Source: Janthinobacterium lividum (GTDB lineage: Bacteria; Pseudomonadota; Gammaproteobacteria; Enterobacterales; Enterobacteriaceae). From it: a stretch of 64,000 nucleotides of DNA. A model generated the notes under the pieces. That model made no database searches, was not told where the DNA came from, and saw only the letters and a program-made list of their open reading frames with translations. This document shows positions 21,521 to 31,492 of this stretch, in pieces. The position numbers and the translations under genes were made by a program. The stretch spans positions 3,974 to 67,973 of the forward strand of contig JBPBPJ010000050.1 of assembly GCA_050954235.1 (NCBI GenBank), written 5' to 3'. Each line of letters opens with the position of its first letter. Position 1 is the first letter of the stretch.

Positions 21521-23182
21521 TTAATGTATTAGATTTTTATATTTATTTTTTAACGATACAATTCTATGAAATACCAACATATTATGTTTGTTTTTTTTTT
21601 TTAATTTTAAAAAATATCCTATTCTTTCAAATTGGTAAGTACGTTGAATGTCTTCACTATCCACTATAGATTCAGTATATCCTGTTCTAATTATACATGA
21701 ATTAGGATTATATAATTGAACAATATTTTTTTCTTTTTCTGGATTTTTAGATGTAAATAAAACATCGAATAATTTAAATTGAGTTTTAGTAGAATTTTTC
21801 TTAGATATCCAGTGAATTATATTACACGGTTTTTTTAATAAAATATTTTTTTTTTTTGTGTTTAAGTAACAAGTACATAAAATACATAAAACGTCATCGT
21901 TTTTATTTTTTATAATTTGATTTGCTCGTATAGTATATGCATATTTTAATCGAACTTTTTTTCCTAATACTAATCCTTTGTAGCCTGCAATAGATCTTTT
22001 ACAAAAATCCTTTTTTTCAATATATATTTCTCTAGAAAATAAAATTTTTCTGTAACCCATTTCTTTTCTATGAGGATGATTCGGAACATCTAAGTATTCT
22101 GTATAATCATGATCAAAATTTGTTATAATTAATTTAATAGGATTAACAACAGCCATCCTTCTGGGAGAAGAATAATCAAGATCTTTTCGTATACAAGATT
22201 CTAATAGAGATAACTCTATTAGACTTTGTTGTCTGGTAACTCCTACTTTCCGACAAAATGTTTTAATAGAATTACTAGTATATCCTCTTTTTCGTAAACC
22301 TGATAGTGTACTTAGTCTTGGATCTTTCCATCCACTTACCAGTTTATGATCTATTAATTTTTGTATTTTTCTTTTAGATAAAATTGTATATTCTAAGTTT
22401 AATTTAGAAAATTCGTATTGTTTTGGGGGTATTTTGTTAAAATTTAATTTCTCCAGTATCCATGTGTATAATTGGCGATTATCTAAAAATTCTAATGTAC
22501 ACAAAGAGTGTGTAATTCTTTCTAAAGCATCTGCAATACAGTGTGCAAAATCATACATAGGATAAATACACCATTGGTTTTTTGTTTGATGATGTTTAGA
22601 AAAAATGATTCTATATAAAACAGGATCGCGTAGTATAATATATGATGATTTCATATCTATTTTTGCTCGTAAGCACATAGATCCTTCTGGAAACGTTCCG
22701 TTTTTCATTTTTTTAAATAATATTAAGTTTTGTTCAACAGTTCGGTTACGAAAAGGACTATTTTTTCCAGGTTTTTTTAACGTTCCTCTATATTTTTTTA
22801 TATCATTTGTATTTAATTCGTCTACATATGCTGCTTTTTTTTTTATTAACTGAATTGCATATTGGTATAGTTGATCAAAATAATTTGAAGTATATGTTGG
22901 CTTTTTATACCAATTAAAACCCAACCATTTTATATCTTTTTTAATTGCTTGAATGTATTTTGCATTTTCATTTCTAGGATTTGTATCATCAAATCTAAGA
23001 TTACAGGTGCCATTATATTTATTAGCGATATTGTTATTTAAACATATAGATTTTGCATGTCCTATATGTAAGTGCCCATTAGGTTCTGGTGGAAACCGTG
23101 TTTTTATTTTTCTGTTAGGATTTTTCAATATTGAATATTTTACAATTTTACTAATAAAATTATTGTTATCTGTAGGTTTCAT
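21521..23182 (-). CDS. glnS: Glutamine--tRNA ligase
   Basis: TRFPPEPNGHLHIGHAKS, YPMYDFAH, LSKR, YQFERIGYF. Confidence 0.97.
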   Translation of the reverse strand: MKPTDNNNFISKIVKYSILKNPNRKIKTRFPPEPNGHLHIGHAKSICLNNNIANKYNGTCNLRFDDTNPRNENAKYIQAIKKDIKWLGFNWYKKPTYTSNYFDQLYQYAIQLIKKKAAYVDELNTNDIKKYRGTLKKPGKNSPFRNRTVEQNLILFKKMKNGTFPEGSMCLRAKIDMKSSYIILRDPVLYRIIFSKHHQTKNQWCIYPMYDFAHCIADALERITHSLCTLEFLDNRQLYTWILEKLNFNKIPPKQYEFSKLNLEYTILSKRKIQKLIDHKLVSGWKDPRLSTLSGLRKRGYTSNSIKTFCRKVGVTRQQSLIELSLLESCIRKDLDYSSPRRMAVVNPIKLIITNFDHDYTEYLDVPNHPHRKEMGYRKILFSREIYIEKKDFCKRSIAGYKGLVLGKKVRLKYAYTIRANQIIKNKNDDVLCILCTCYLNTKKKNILLKKPCNIIHWISKKNSTKTQFKLFDVLFTSKNPEKEKNIVQLYNPNSCIIRTGYTESIVDSEDIQRTYQFERIGYFLKLKKKNKHNMLVFHRIVSLKNKYKNLIH

Positions 23183-23367
23183 TATTAAACTATTCCTAAT
23201 GTATTTTATGTATAATGACTTTTATTGTATTTTTTTGATTATTTTCAGATATTGTTATTTTATAAAAAATTATTTTTTTTATAAAATAATTTTTTATAAA
23301 TTTTTATTGTAAAAAATGTTTTATTTGTGTAAAATTAATATTTAAATATTAGTTTTATTAATGATCT

Positions 23368-23441
23368 GGCTATGTAGCTCAGTTGGTTAGAGCGCAGCAC
23401 TCATAACGCTGAGGTCACGAGTTCGATTCTCGTTATAGCCA
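23368..23441 (+). tRNA. tRNA-Met (CAT), elongator type; no encoded CCA
   Basis: Cloverleaf GGCTATG...TATAGCC-A with anticodon loop CT CAT AA; Met-Leu-Gln order matches the enterobacterial metT-leuW-glnU cluster. Confidence 0.93.
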
Positions 23442-23464
23442 TATAAAAACTATATATATATTAA

Positions 23465-23546
23465 GCGGAAGTGGCGAAAATGGTAGACGCACCAGATTTA
23501 GGTTCTGGCGCTGAAAAGTTTGCGAGTTCAAATCTCGCCTTCCGCA
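23465..23546 (+). tRNA. tRNA-Leu (TAG)
   Basis: GCGGAAG...CTTCCGC-A, anticodon arm CCAGA TT TAG GT TCTGG, long variable arm. Confidence 0.95.
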
Positions 23547-23586
23547 TAATTATAATAGTATTAAAAAATTGTATTAATGTAAATTT

Positions 23587-23658
23587 TGGGGTATAGCCAA
23601 GAGGTTACGGCACCGGTTTTTGATACCGGCATCCCTGGTTCGAATCCAGGTACCCCAG
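23587..23658 (+). tRNA. tRNA-Gln (TTG)
   Basis: TGGGGTA...TACCCCA-G, anticodon arm CCGGT TT TTG AT ACCGG. Confidence 0.95.
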
Positions 23659-23865
23659 ATAAAATATTATGTATACAATAATTTATATGAAAATGCTTGT
23701 TTAAATAATTATTTTTATATCAAAATAGATATATTGTATTTTTATTGTAATAATTAACTAAATGATTAAATTTTAATATTATTATAATTATAATTGATTT
23801 ATCTAAAAAAAACATTATAACATTTTATTTTTAATAAATAATTTTTAATGTATTATGGAGAACAT

Positions 23866-24522
23866 ATGTTTGATACGTTAAAAAAATCTGTAGCTATATC
23901 TGCGATAAATTATGTACCTAAAAATTCTATAATTGGAATTGGATCTGGATCTACAATAAATTTTTTTATTAAAGAGCTATCAACTATTTCTAGTTGTATT
24001 AGAGGAGTTGTGCCGAGTTCTTCTATTTCAGAAGATTTATTAAAACAATTTAATATACCGATTATTAATTTAAACACACTTACATCACTTGATATTTATA
24101 TTGATAGTGCAGATCAAATAAATCATTCTTTGGAAATGATAAAAGGTGGTGGAGGGGCTTTAACTAGAGAAAAAATTATAGCTTCTGTTTCAAAAAAATT
24201 TTTATGTATAGTAGATAAATCAAAATATGTCAAAAAATTTGATAATTTTCCTGTTCCTGTAGAAGTGCTTCCTATTGCATTAAATAGTGTGTCTAGAGAA
24301 GTAGTAAAGTTAGGTGGAATACCTGAATACAGAAAAAATTTTATTACGGACAATGGTAATTGTATTATTGATATGTATAATTTATGTATAAACAACGCTA
24401 TTTTTTTAGAAAAATATATAAATAATATACCTGGAGTTGTATCTGTAGGATTATTTTGTATAAGAAAAGCAGATTTAGTATTAGTTAGTTATATTAATAA
24501 AATAGATAAAATATCTTTATAA
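23866..24522 (+). CDS. rpiA: Ribose-5-phosphate isomerase A
   Basis: GIGSGST, DSADQ, IKGGGGALTREK, TDNGN, IPGVV. A GGAG RBS precedes ATG 23866. Confidence 0.96.
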   Translation: MFDTLKKSVAISAINYVPKNSIIGIGSGSTINFFIKELSTISSCIRGVVPSSSISEDLLKQFNIPIINLNTLTSLDIYIDSADQINHSLEMIKGGGGALTREKIIASVSKKFLCIVDKSKYVKKFDNFPVPVEVLPIALNSVSREVVKLGGIPEYRKNFITDNGNCIIDMYNLCINNAIFLEKYINNIPGVVSVGLFCIRKADLVLVSYINKIDKISL

Positions 24523-24611
24523 GATATATATATCCATGAATGGTTTAAAAATAGATTATTAAATAATATTATATATTTTTTTTAAAACTGATTATTCATA
24601 GAGAATTATTT

Positions 24612-24905
24612 ATGTCATTAAAATCTATTGATATAGAAGTTTTTGGTCGGTTTATACGTGTTAATTGTCCCGATAAAAATTCTTCAGATTTATACTATTT
24701 AGCAAATATTTTGAATAGACGATTAGAAGATTTAAAAGAAAAAACAGGTGTTTCTAATATAGAGCAATTAATTTTTATTACTGCTTTAAATATTTGTTAC
24801 GAATTAGAGATCGAAAAGCATAAATCCGTTCATTGTATTAAACATATAAAATCACGAATGTTAGTTTTGAATGAAATGATTGATTCTGCTTTAAATTCTA
24901 CATAG
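24612..24905 (+). CDS. zapA: Cell division protein ZapA
   Basis: IDIEVFGRFIRVNCP...LNRRLEDLKEKT..SNIEQLIFITALNICYEL closely follows ZapA. Confidence 0.9.
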   Translation: MSLKSIDIEVFGRFIRVNCPDKNSSDLYYLANILNRRLEDLKEKTGVSNIEQLIFITALNICYELEIEKHKSVHCIKHIKSRMLVLNEMIDSALNST

Positions 24906-24973
24906 ATTTTTTAAATTAAATTATTGTATATATTTATTATTAATAGTATGTATTTATTTTATATGTATATATT

Positions 24974-25690
24974 TTATATATCTCCTAAGTGTATTTGTAA
25001 TGCAGTTATTGCTACAATACTCGCTGTTTCAGCCCGTAACACCCTAGGTCCTAAGGATATTTTTAAAAAATTTTTTTCTTGTGCATATTTTTTTTCATAT
25101 TCATGAAATCCTTTTTCTGAACCTATTAATATAAAAATATTTTTATATTTATTAGGAATATTATAAATTTTTTTTTTAGCTGTGGGATCAAAAATAATTC
25201 TAGTAGATTGTGGAATTATGCTATCACACCATTGATATATTGTAGATGGTGTGTTTAATTCTGGTACAATATTTCTAAGAGATTGAGCGCATGCAGAAAT
25301 AATTATCTTTTTCCAATGACATATTTTTTTAGATATTGATTTCTCAGAATTTTTTTTTTTAGATATTATAGGAGTAATGGTGTTAATACCTAGCTCTACT
25401 GATTTTTCAATTATTATATTCATTTTTTTAGATATGCATTGTCCTAAATGAATTTTTACAGGAGATTCCTTATCATCTAGTTGTGTACTTATAATTTTTA
25501 TTAAAATATTTTTTTTTTTTATGTCTAATATTTTAGATATAAATATATAATTAGTATTATTAAATAAATGTATTATATCACCAATATGTAATCTAATTAC
25601 ATTTATACAAAAATGTACCATGTTTTTTTTTAATTTAATAATTGTGTTAATTTTTATTGATTTGTTAAAATAAATTCTAGGAATATACAA
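24974..25690 (-). CDS. rsmE: 16S rRNA m3U1498 methyltransferase RsmE
   Basis: IPRIY N-terminus, HCINVIRL, KSVELG, LGPRVLRAETA SPOUT motif. TTG 25690 is the likely start (ORF track 25714). Confidence 0.93.
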   Translation of the reverse strand: MYIPRIYFNKSIKINTIIKLKKNMVHFCINVIRLHIGDIIHLFNNTNYIFISKILDIKKKNILIKIISTQLDDKESPVKIHLGQCISKKMNIIIEKSVELGINTITPIISKKKNSEKSISKKICHWKKIIISACAQSLRNIVPELNTPSTIYQWCDSIIPQSTRIIFDPTAKKKIYNIPNKYKNIFILIGSEKGFHEYEKKYAQEKNFLKISLGPRVLRAETASIVAITALQIHLGDI

Positions 25691-25774
25691 AATATAATAT
25701 CCTATTTTATACAAAATAAAGCATAATTTAAGGTATTAATTAATTACTATATTTATATATAAATATATTATTTA

Positions 25775-25848
25775 TGCATCCGGAAGGATTTGAACCTTCA
25801 ACCTCTCGGTTCGTAGCCGAGTGCTCTATCCAACTAAGCTACGGATGC
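25775..25848 (-). tRNA. tRNA-Arg (ACG)
   Basis: Reverse complement GCATCCG...CGGATGC-A, anticodon arm CTCGG CT ACG AA CCGAG. Confidence 0.95.
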
Positions 25849-25864
25849 ATATGTGGTTTTATTA

Positions 25865-25951
25865 TGGTGAGAGAGGGATTTGAACCCTCGATGCAGATTA
25901 ATACATACTCCTTTAGCAGGGGAGCGCCTTAAACCACTCGGCCATCTCACC
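25865..25951 (-). tRNA. tRNA-Ser (GCT)
   Basis: Reverse complement GGTGAGA...TCTCACC-A, anticodon loop CT GCT AA, long variable arm; follows csrA as in the csrA-serV-argV order. Confidence 0.93.
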
Positions 25952-26178
25952 AATATATTTATATATATAAAAAATATATATGACTATATTACTTTTTTTA
26001 TAAAATAAGTCAAATGAAATTTTATTATCAAATTTAATATTTATTTTTTTTAGTTTTTTAATAGAATGATATTTATTGTATAAAGTAATATTTTTATTAA
26101 AAAAACATCAAACTTTTTCTTCTTAAAAGTAAAAATATTTTTACTGTATTTTGAATGTTCACAAAATACAGTAAGTGT

Positions 26179-26370
26179 TTATTTTTTGTTTGCCTCGCAC
26201 AAATTTTTTTCTAATTGAATTTTTTTATATATTTCTTCTCTATGTACAGATATTTTTTTAGGAGCATTAATTCCTACCCGAATTTGATTCCCTTTAATTC
26301 CTAAAATTGTTACAGTTATTTCATTGCCGATCATTAACGTTTCGCCAATTCGACGAGTTAAAATAAGCAT
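26179..26370 (-). CDS. csrA: Carbon storage regulator CsrA
   Basis: [15 protein letters not shown]...[20 protein letters not shown]. True start is ATG 26370; the ORF track over-extends it. Confidence 0.97.
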   Translation of the reverse strand: MLILTRRIGETLMIGNEITVTILGIKGNQIRVGINAPKKISVHREEIYKKIQLEKNLCEANKK

Positions 26371-26484
26371 TTCTTTCGTCCCTTTTGAGAAACAAAATAT
26401 ATATTTTGTTTTTTTTAAACGTATTAAAAATAAATAAAATAATATATACATTATTCATAAACTTGTTTGTTTATAATGTAATTA

Positions 26485-29139
26485 TTATTTGCATATATTA
26501 TTTTCGTGTATATATTTTATGATTTTTTTTTTCATTTTTTTTATTTTTTTAGATATAATGTTTGTGTTTTTTAATTTTCCTTTAACAATATTTTTATTTC
26601 CCCCACCTTTTCCAGATAATATAGAAAATATTATGTTCATAACATCTATTGCATTTATATATTGAATAATATTATTTGCAACACTAATTAAAAATCTTAT
26701 TATTGAGGTATTTTTATTGATTAATATAATAATAACAGATTCTTTTTTTTGTTTGATAGTGTCGGATATATTTTTAAGCATTGTATATTTTAAATGGGAT
26801 ATATGTGAAATTATTATTAATATATCATTAATAGTGTGTGCTTTTGATATTAAATTTTTAGATATTTGTGAAATATTTTGATTTGTTAATTCTTTTTTTT
26901 CTTTTTTTATATCACGAATTTTATTTACTAATTTTTTTATTGATTTATATATATCATTTGAATTATTTTTTAGTAACTGTTGTATTTTTTTTTCTTTATT
27001 TGTTTTTTTTTGAATATAATGTATTACGGGTATACCTGTTATTGCAGTAATACGTTTTATTGAATTTCCGATATTTTTATATTTAATAATTTTAAAACAT
27101 CCAATTTTTCCAGTAGATTCATGATGAGTTCCATTGCATAATTCAATAGAAAAATTATTAATACAGATCATACGAACAGTATTTTTATATTTTTTAGATG
27201 ATAAATATATAGCATTATATTTTTGTGCTCGAGAAAATGATGTAATAATAGCATGTATTTTGATATTTTTTTGAATTTTTTTATTTATTACAATTTCTAA
27301 TTTTTGAATGTCTTTTTCTGTAAGATTATCGTTATATATAAAATCGAACCGGAAGTATTCATTATCAATATAGGATCCTTTTTGCACTATATTTAATCCA
27401 AATTTTTTAATTAATGCAGCATGTAATAAGTGTGAAGCAGAGTGATTAGATTGTATTCTTTTTCTTTTTCTAGTGTCTATTTTTGCAACTATATCTTCTC
27501 CTACGTGTAGAATACCTTGTTCAAGATATCCTTGATGTACAATAAAATTTCCGTTTTTTTGTGTATTATTAACTATAAACGTTCCTTTTTCATTAATTAT
27601 TTTGCCTGAATCTCCTATTTGTCCACTAGATTCACCATAAAAAGGTGTTATATTTAATACTACTATTCCTGTGCATTTTTTAGATAAATGTGAAACAGAT
27701 TTGTTTTTATAAATAATTTGAGTGATTTTAGATTTTTTTATATATTCATGATATCCGTCAAAAATAGATTTTTTGGTAACATACATGAAATATGAACTAT
27801 GTTTTTTTGTTTGTATATTTTGTTTTTTTTGTTTTTGTTTATTTAATTTTATAACTTGATTTAATTTTTGAAAATTAATGGATATTTTTTTTTTTTTGCA
27901 AATATCCTTTGTAATTTCTATAGGTAGTCCAAATGTTTCATATAAATAAAATATTTTTTTTTCACATAATTTTTTGGTTTGATTAATAATAATTTCTTTT
28001 TTTAATTTGTACATACCTATTTTCAATACTTGATAAAATTGTTTTTCTTCAGATAATAATATGTTTTTTATAACATTAATTTTAGAAGAAATATTAAAAT
28101 CTACATTTATTTGTGTCATGTTTTTGATTATAAATTCGGATAATTTATAAAAAAAAGGTTTATGTAAACCTATAAAATATCCATGACTTAATGCTCTTCT
28201 AATAATTCTTCTTAATACATAACTTCTTCCTTCGTTTCCAGGTATTATATTTTCAGAAATCAGACAGGTTGCTGTTCTGATATGATCTGCAATAATTCGT
28301 AATGAAATGTAGTTATTTGATTTAATTTTTATAGTTTTTTTGATAGATTGTATTAGTTTAATAAAATTGTCTGTTTCATAACTTGATGAAACTTTCTGCA
28401 AAACTGCTGATATACGTTCTAAACCCATACCTGTATCTATTGAAGGAATAGGTAATTTTATTAGTTTATTAGATCTAATTTGATTAAATTGCATAAAAAC
28501 TAAGTTCCAAATTTCTACACAATATTTTTTTAGTTCGTTGTAATTTTTAATTATTTTTTTTTCTTTGTTATTTTTTCTTATATTGTAAAAAATTTCAGTA
28601 CATGGACCGCATGGACCTGAATTACCCATTTTCCAAAAATTATTAGAATGATATTCAATGTTGTTTTTGTCATATATTGTAATTAAATGATTAGGTTGAA
28701 TTTTTATTTTATTTAACCAAATATTTTTTGTTTCAATATCTTTATAGTAATATGTAATCCATATTTTTTTTTTTGATATGTTTAACCAGTTTTTATGAGT
28801 TAAAAATTCCCATGCATATATAATAGATGTTTCTTTAAAATACTCTCCAAAACTAAAATTTCCGAGCATTTCAAATAATGTATGGTGGTATGGTTCATAC
28901 CCTACTTTATTGAAATCATTATGCTTTCCTCCTGTTCGAATACAGTATTGAACACTAGTATATGATGATGTATAGTTTTTTTTATATCCTAAGTATATTT
29001 CTTTAAATTGATTCATTCCAGCATTTGTAAATAATAAAGTTTTATCGTTTTTAGGTATTAAAGAACTGCTTTTAATAATAGTATGGTTTTTTTCTTTAAA
29101 AAATTGTAAAAACAAAGATCGAATTTTATCAGTTTTCAT
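26485..29139 (-). CDS. alaS: Alanine--tRNA ligase
   Basis: LLFTNAGMNQFK, FEMLGNFSFG, IDTGMGLERI, editing NHSASHLLH and ELCNGTH. Confidence 0.97.
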   Translation of the reverse strand: MKTDKIRSLFLQFFKEKNHTIIKSSSLIPKNDKTLLFTNAGMNQFKEIYLGYKKNYTSSYTSVQYCIRTGGKHNDFNKVGYEPYHHTLFEMLGNFSFGEYFKETSIIYAWEFLTHKNWLNISKKKIWITYYYKDIETKNIWLNKIKIQPNHLITIYDKNNIEYHSNNFWKMGNSGPCGPCTEIFYNIRKNNKEKKIIKNYNELKKYCVEIWNLVFMQFNQIRSNKLIKLPIPSIDTGMGLERISAVLQKVSSSYETDNFIKLIQSIKKTIKIKSNNYISLRIIADHIRTATCLISENIIPGNEGRSYVLRRIIRRALSHGYFIGLHKPFFYKLSEFIIKNMTQINVDFNISSKINVIKNILLSEEKQFYQVLKIGMYKLKKEIIINQTKKLCEKKIFYLYETFGLPIEITKDICKKKKISINFQKLNQVIKLNKQKQKKQNIQTKKHSSYFMYVTKKSIFDGYHEYIKKSKITQIIYKNKSVSHLSKKCTGIVVLNITPFYGESSGQIGDSGKIINEKGTFIVNNTQKNGNFIVHQGYLEQGILHVGEDIVAKIDTRKRKRIQSNHSASHLLHAALIKKFGLNIVQKGSYIDNEYFRFDFIYNDNLTEKDIQKLEIVINKKIQKNIKIHAIITSFSRAQKYNAIYLSSKKYKNTVRMICINNFSIELCNGTHHESTGKIGCFKIIKYKNIGNSIKRITAITGIPVIHYIQKKTNKEKKIQQLLKNNSNDIYKSIKKLVNKIRDIKKEKKELTNQNISQISKNLISKAHTINDILIIISHISHLKYTMLKNISDTIKQKKESVIIILINKNTSIIRFLISVANNIIQYINAIDVMNIIFSILSGKGGGNKNIVKGKLKNTNIISKKIKKMKKKIIKYIHENNICK

Positions 29140-29358
29140 ATAATTTCTACCTAAAAATGTTTATTAAAATAAAGAATACAGTTATTTTATACAGACAAAA
29201 ATACTTGGTTTTGTAATATATTAAAATAATATTTTATATGTGAAAGTAATTTTTTTAATTGTCTTTTGAATATAAAAATATCTAAATTTAATATTTTTTA
29301 TGTTAAAATATAATAGTTGTTTTTTATTTTTAAAAATACAAAATTTAATGAGTATAAT

Positions 29359-30323
29359 ATGTCTAATACAATAAAATTAAAATTTATATCTACTGTATCA
29401 AAATTAAATTCTTATAGATTGGATAAAATTTTAGTTCAAAAATTTTTTCCAGTATCTCGTTCGTGTATAAAAAAATGGATTTTATCAGGATGTATATCTG
29501 TAAATGATGTTGTTGTTACCGTTCCAAAAAAAAAATTTTTTTTAACGATGTAATTATTGTGTGTGTCAATAATGAATTTAAACTTATTAAAATACAAAAA
29601 GAAAATATACCATTAGATATTATTTTTGAAGATTCTGAGATATTAATAATTAATAAACCATCTAATTTTGTTGTTCATTTAGGCTATGGAAATATGTCTG
29701 GAACATTATTAAATGCTTTAATCTTTCATTATGAGAGTAATTCTGATTTACCTAGAGCAGGTATAGTTCATAGGTTAGATAAAAATACATCAGGTTTGTT
29801 AGTTGTAGCTAAAACAATTTTTACATATAATTATTTGGTTGGTTTGTTTAAAAATCGAAAAATAATTAAAGAATACGACGCTATTGTTATTGGAAGTATT
29901 AAACAAAACGGAAGTATCAATTATCCAATTAAAAGAAATATTCATCGTCGAACTATTATGACAATTGGTAGCGGAGGAAAAAAAGCAATTACTCATTATA
30001 AAGTTATTACTAGATTTAGAAATTATACATATGTTCGCGTACAAATAAAAACAGGGAGAATGCATCAAATTAGAGTACATTTTTCTTCTATTTCTCATCC
30101 TATATTTGGAGATAGTATATATTCTAGAGGTGTAAGGTATAATTTACTGGGATATTCTAAAAAAACACGTCGGTTTTTGTATAGATTTTCTAGACCATCT
30201 CTACATTCTAGAATGTTAAGTTTTGTGCATCCTATAACCAATAAATTAAAAAACTGGACAACCAGCCCTCCTGTAGACATGGTGCATCTTCTTACATTAT
30301 TATATTACGAAGATATGGTATAA
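29359..30323 (+). pseudogene. rluD: 23S rRNA pseudouridine synthase RluD, split by a 1-nt frameshift in an A10/T8 run (possibly rescued by slippage)
   Basis: The upstream ORF encodes the S4 domain (RLDKIL...SRSCIKKWI). The downstream ORF encodes INKPS, HRLDKNTSG and TGRMHQIRVH. One extra A at 29526-29535 fuses them. Confidence 0.9.
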
Positions 30324-30485
30324 TGAATATATATTTTTTCATACAATTATACAAACATACTTTATAGCGATATACTTGATGTATTACACAGATATGTTTA
30401 TCACTAAATGAAACAATTGAATGTTAATATTCCTGATATTTGATCATATTAAGAATATTTTTTATAAAATTAATTAAGTAAATAT

Positions 30486-30794
30486 ATGTTAAATAATAAA
30501 AGAAATTCTAGTTGTTTTTTTGTGTCAGATATTATTAATAAAGAAGTATTTAATACTCCTTTAATTAATTATATTACAATTGCTTTAAAAAACTATTTTT
30601 CAGTAGTTATTACAAAAAATGATAATAATTTATATCAACGATTTTTATCGGAAATAGAAAAACCATTATTTGATAATATAATGCAATATACCCGAGGTAA
30701 TCAAACACAAGCGGCTTTAATTTTAGGAATTAATCGTGGAACTTTAAGAAAAAAACTTAATTTGTATTATAACAATAAAAAATTTAACAGGTAA
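30486..30794 (+). CDS. fis: DNA-binding protein Fis
   Basis: EIEKPL...TRGNQTQAALILGINRGTLRKKL helix-turn-helix. Confidence 0.95.
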   Translation: MLNNKRNSSCFFVSDIINKEVFNTPLINYITIALKNYFSVVITKNDNNLYQRFLSEIEKPLFDNIMQYTRGNQTQAALILGINRGTLRKKLNLYYNNKKFNR

Positions 30795-30821
30795 AAAAAA
30801 TTTTATCTTACATGTTCATAG

Positions 30822-31289
30822 TTATTTTTCTATAAAACTTTGTTGTACTAACATATTTACAGATGTATTCAGTGCACATATGTATCCTTCAGTTCCAAAT
30901 CCGGATATAATTCCACGTGATATATCTGATATCCAGGAATGTGAACGAAAGTTTTCTCTAGAAAAAATATTAGAAATATGAATTTCAAAAAATGGAATTT
31001 GTACTGCCAATAAAGCATCCCGAATAGATATGCTAGTATGAGCAAATGCACCAGGATTAATTAAAATAAATTGTATTTTTAGTAATTTGCTTTCATGTAT
31101 TTTTTCTACTATTTTGTGCTCTGCATTAGATTGAAAATCATATAATTCAACATTTAAAATTTTAGCTGTACTTTTTATTTTTTTTATAATTTCAGGTAAT
31201 GTATCTGAACCATATATTTTTGGTTCTCGAGTTCCTAATAAATTTAAATTAGGTCCGTTTATTAATAATATTTTAAATTTTTGATTCAT
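30822..31289 (-). CDS. aroQ: Type II 3-dehydroquinate dehydratase
   Basis: [39 protein letters not shown]. Start is ATG 31289 or 31301. Confidence 0.96.
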   Translation of the reverse strand: MNQKFKILLINGPNLNLLGTREPKIYGSDTLPEIIKKIKSTAKILNVELYDFQSNAEHKIVEKIHESKLLKIQFILINPGAFAHTSISIRDALLAVQIPFFEIHISNIFSRENFRSHSWISDISRGIISGFGTEGYICALNTSVNMLVQQSFIEK

Positions 31290-31492
31290 ACTTAATCTCA
31301 TTTTATATAAATTTAGTCAAAATAACAATAATATTTACAATATAATAACATTTAATAATAATTATTTATAATAATTATTATTATATTTTAAATAAAAATA
31401 TAAATAATGTATTTATAAATATATTTAAAAGATTGTCATTAAAATATTTTCATAACATTTAAGTTGATATAAATATTAAGAGATTTCTGATA

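Noticed and set aside
22953-23312. 119-aa plus-strand ORF overlapping the glnS start and extending toward the tRNA cluster
   Set aside because: Mostly antisense to glnS, low-complexity F/I/L/Y composition, no recognisable domain.
26371-26451. N-terminal extensions in the ORF track for csrA (likewise eno, ffh, asd, rpsO, rplM, rsmE)
   Set aside because: These are upstream near-cognate starts in frame. The homologous N-termini and RBS positions point to the downstream starts used in the feature list.
30324-30485. Possible dusB 3' remnant upstream of fis
   Set aside because: Too short and AT-rich; the similarity cannot be distinguished from chance by eye.
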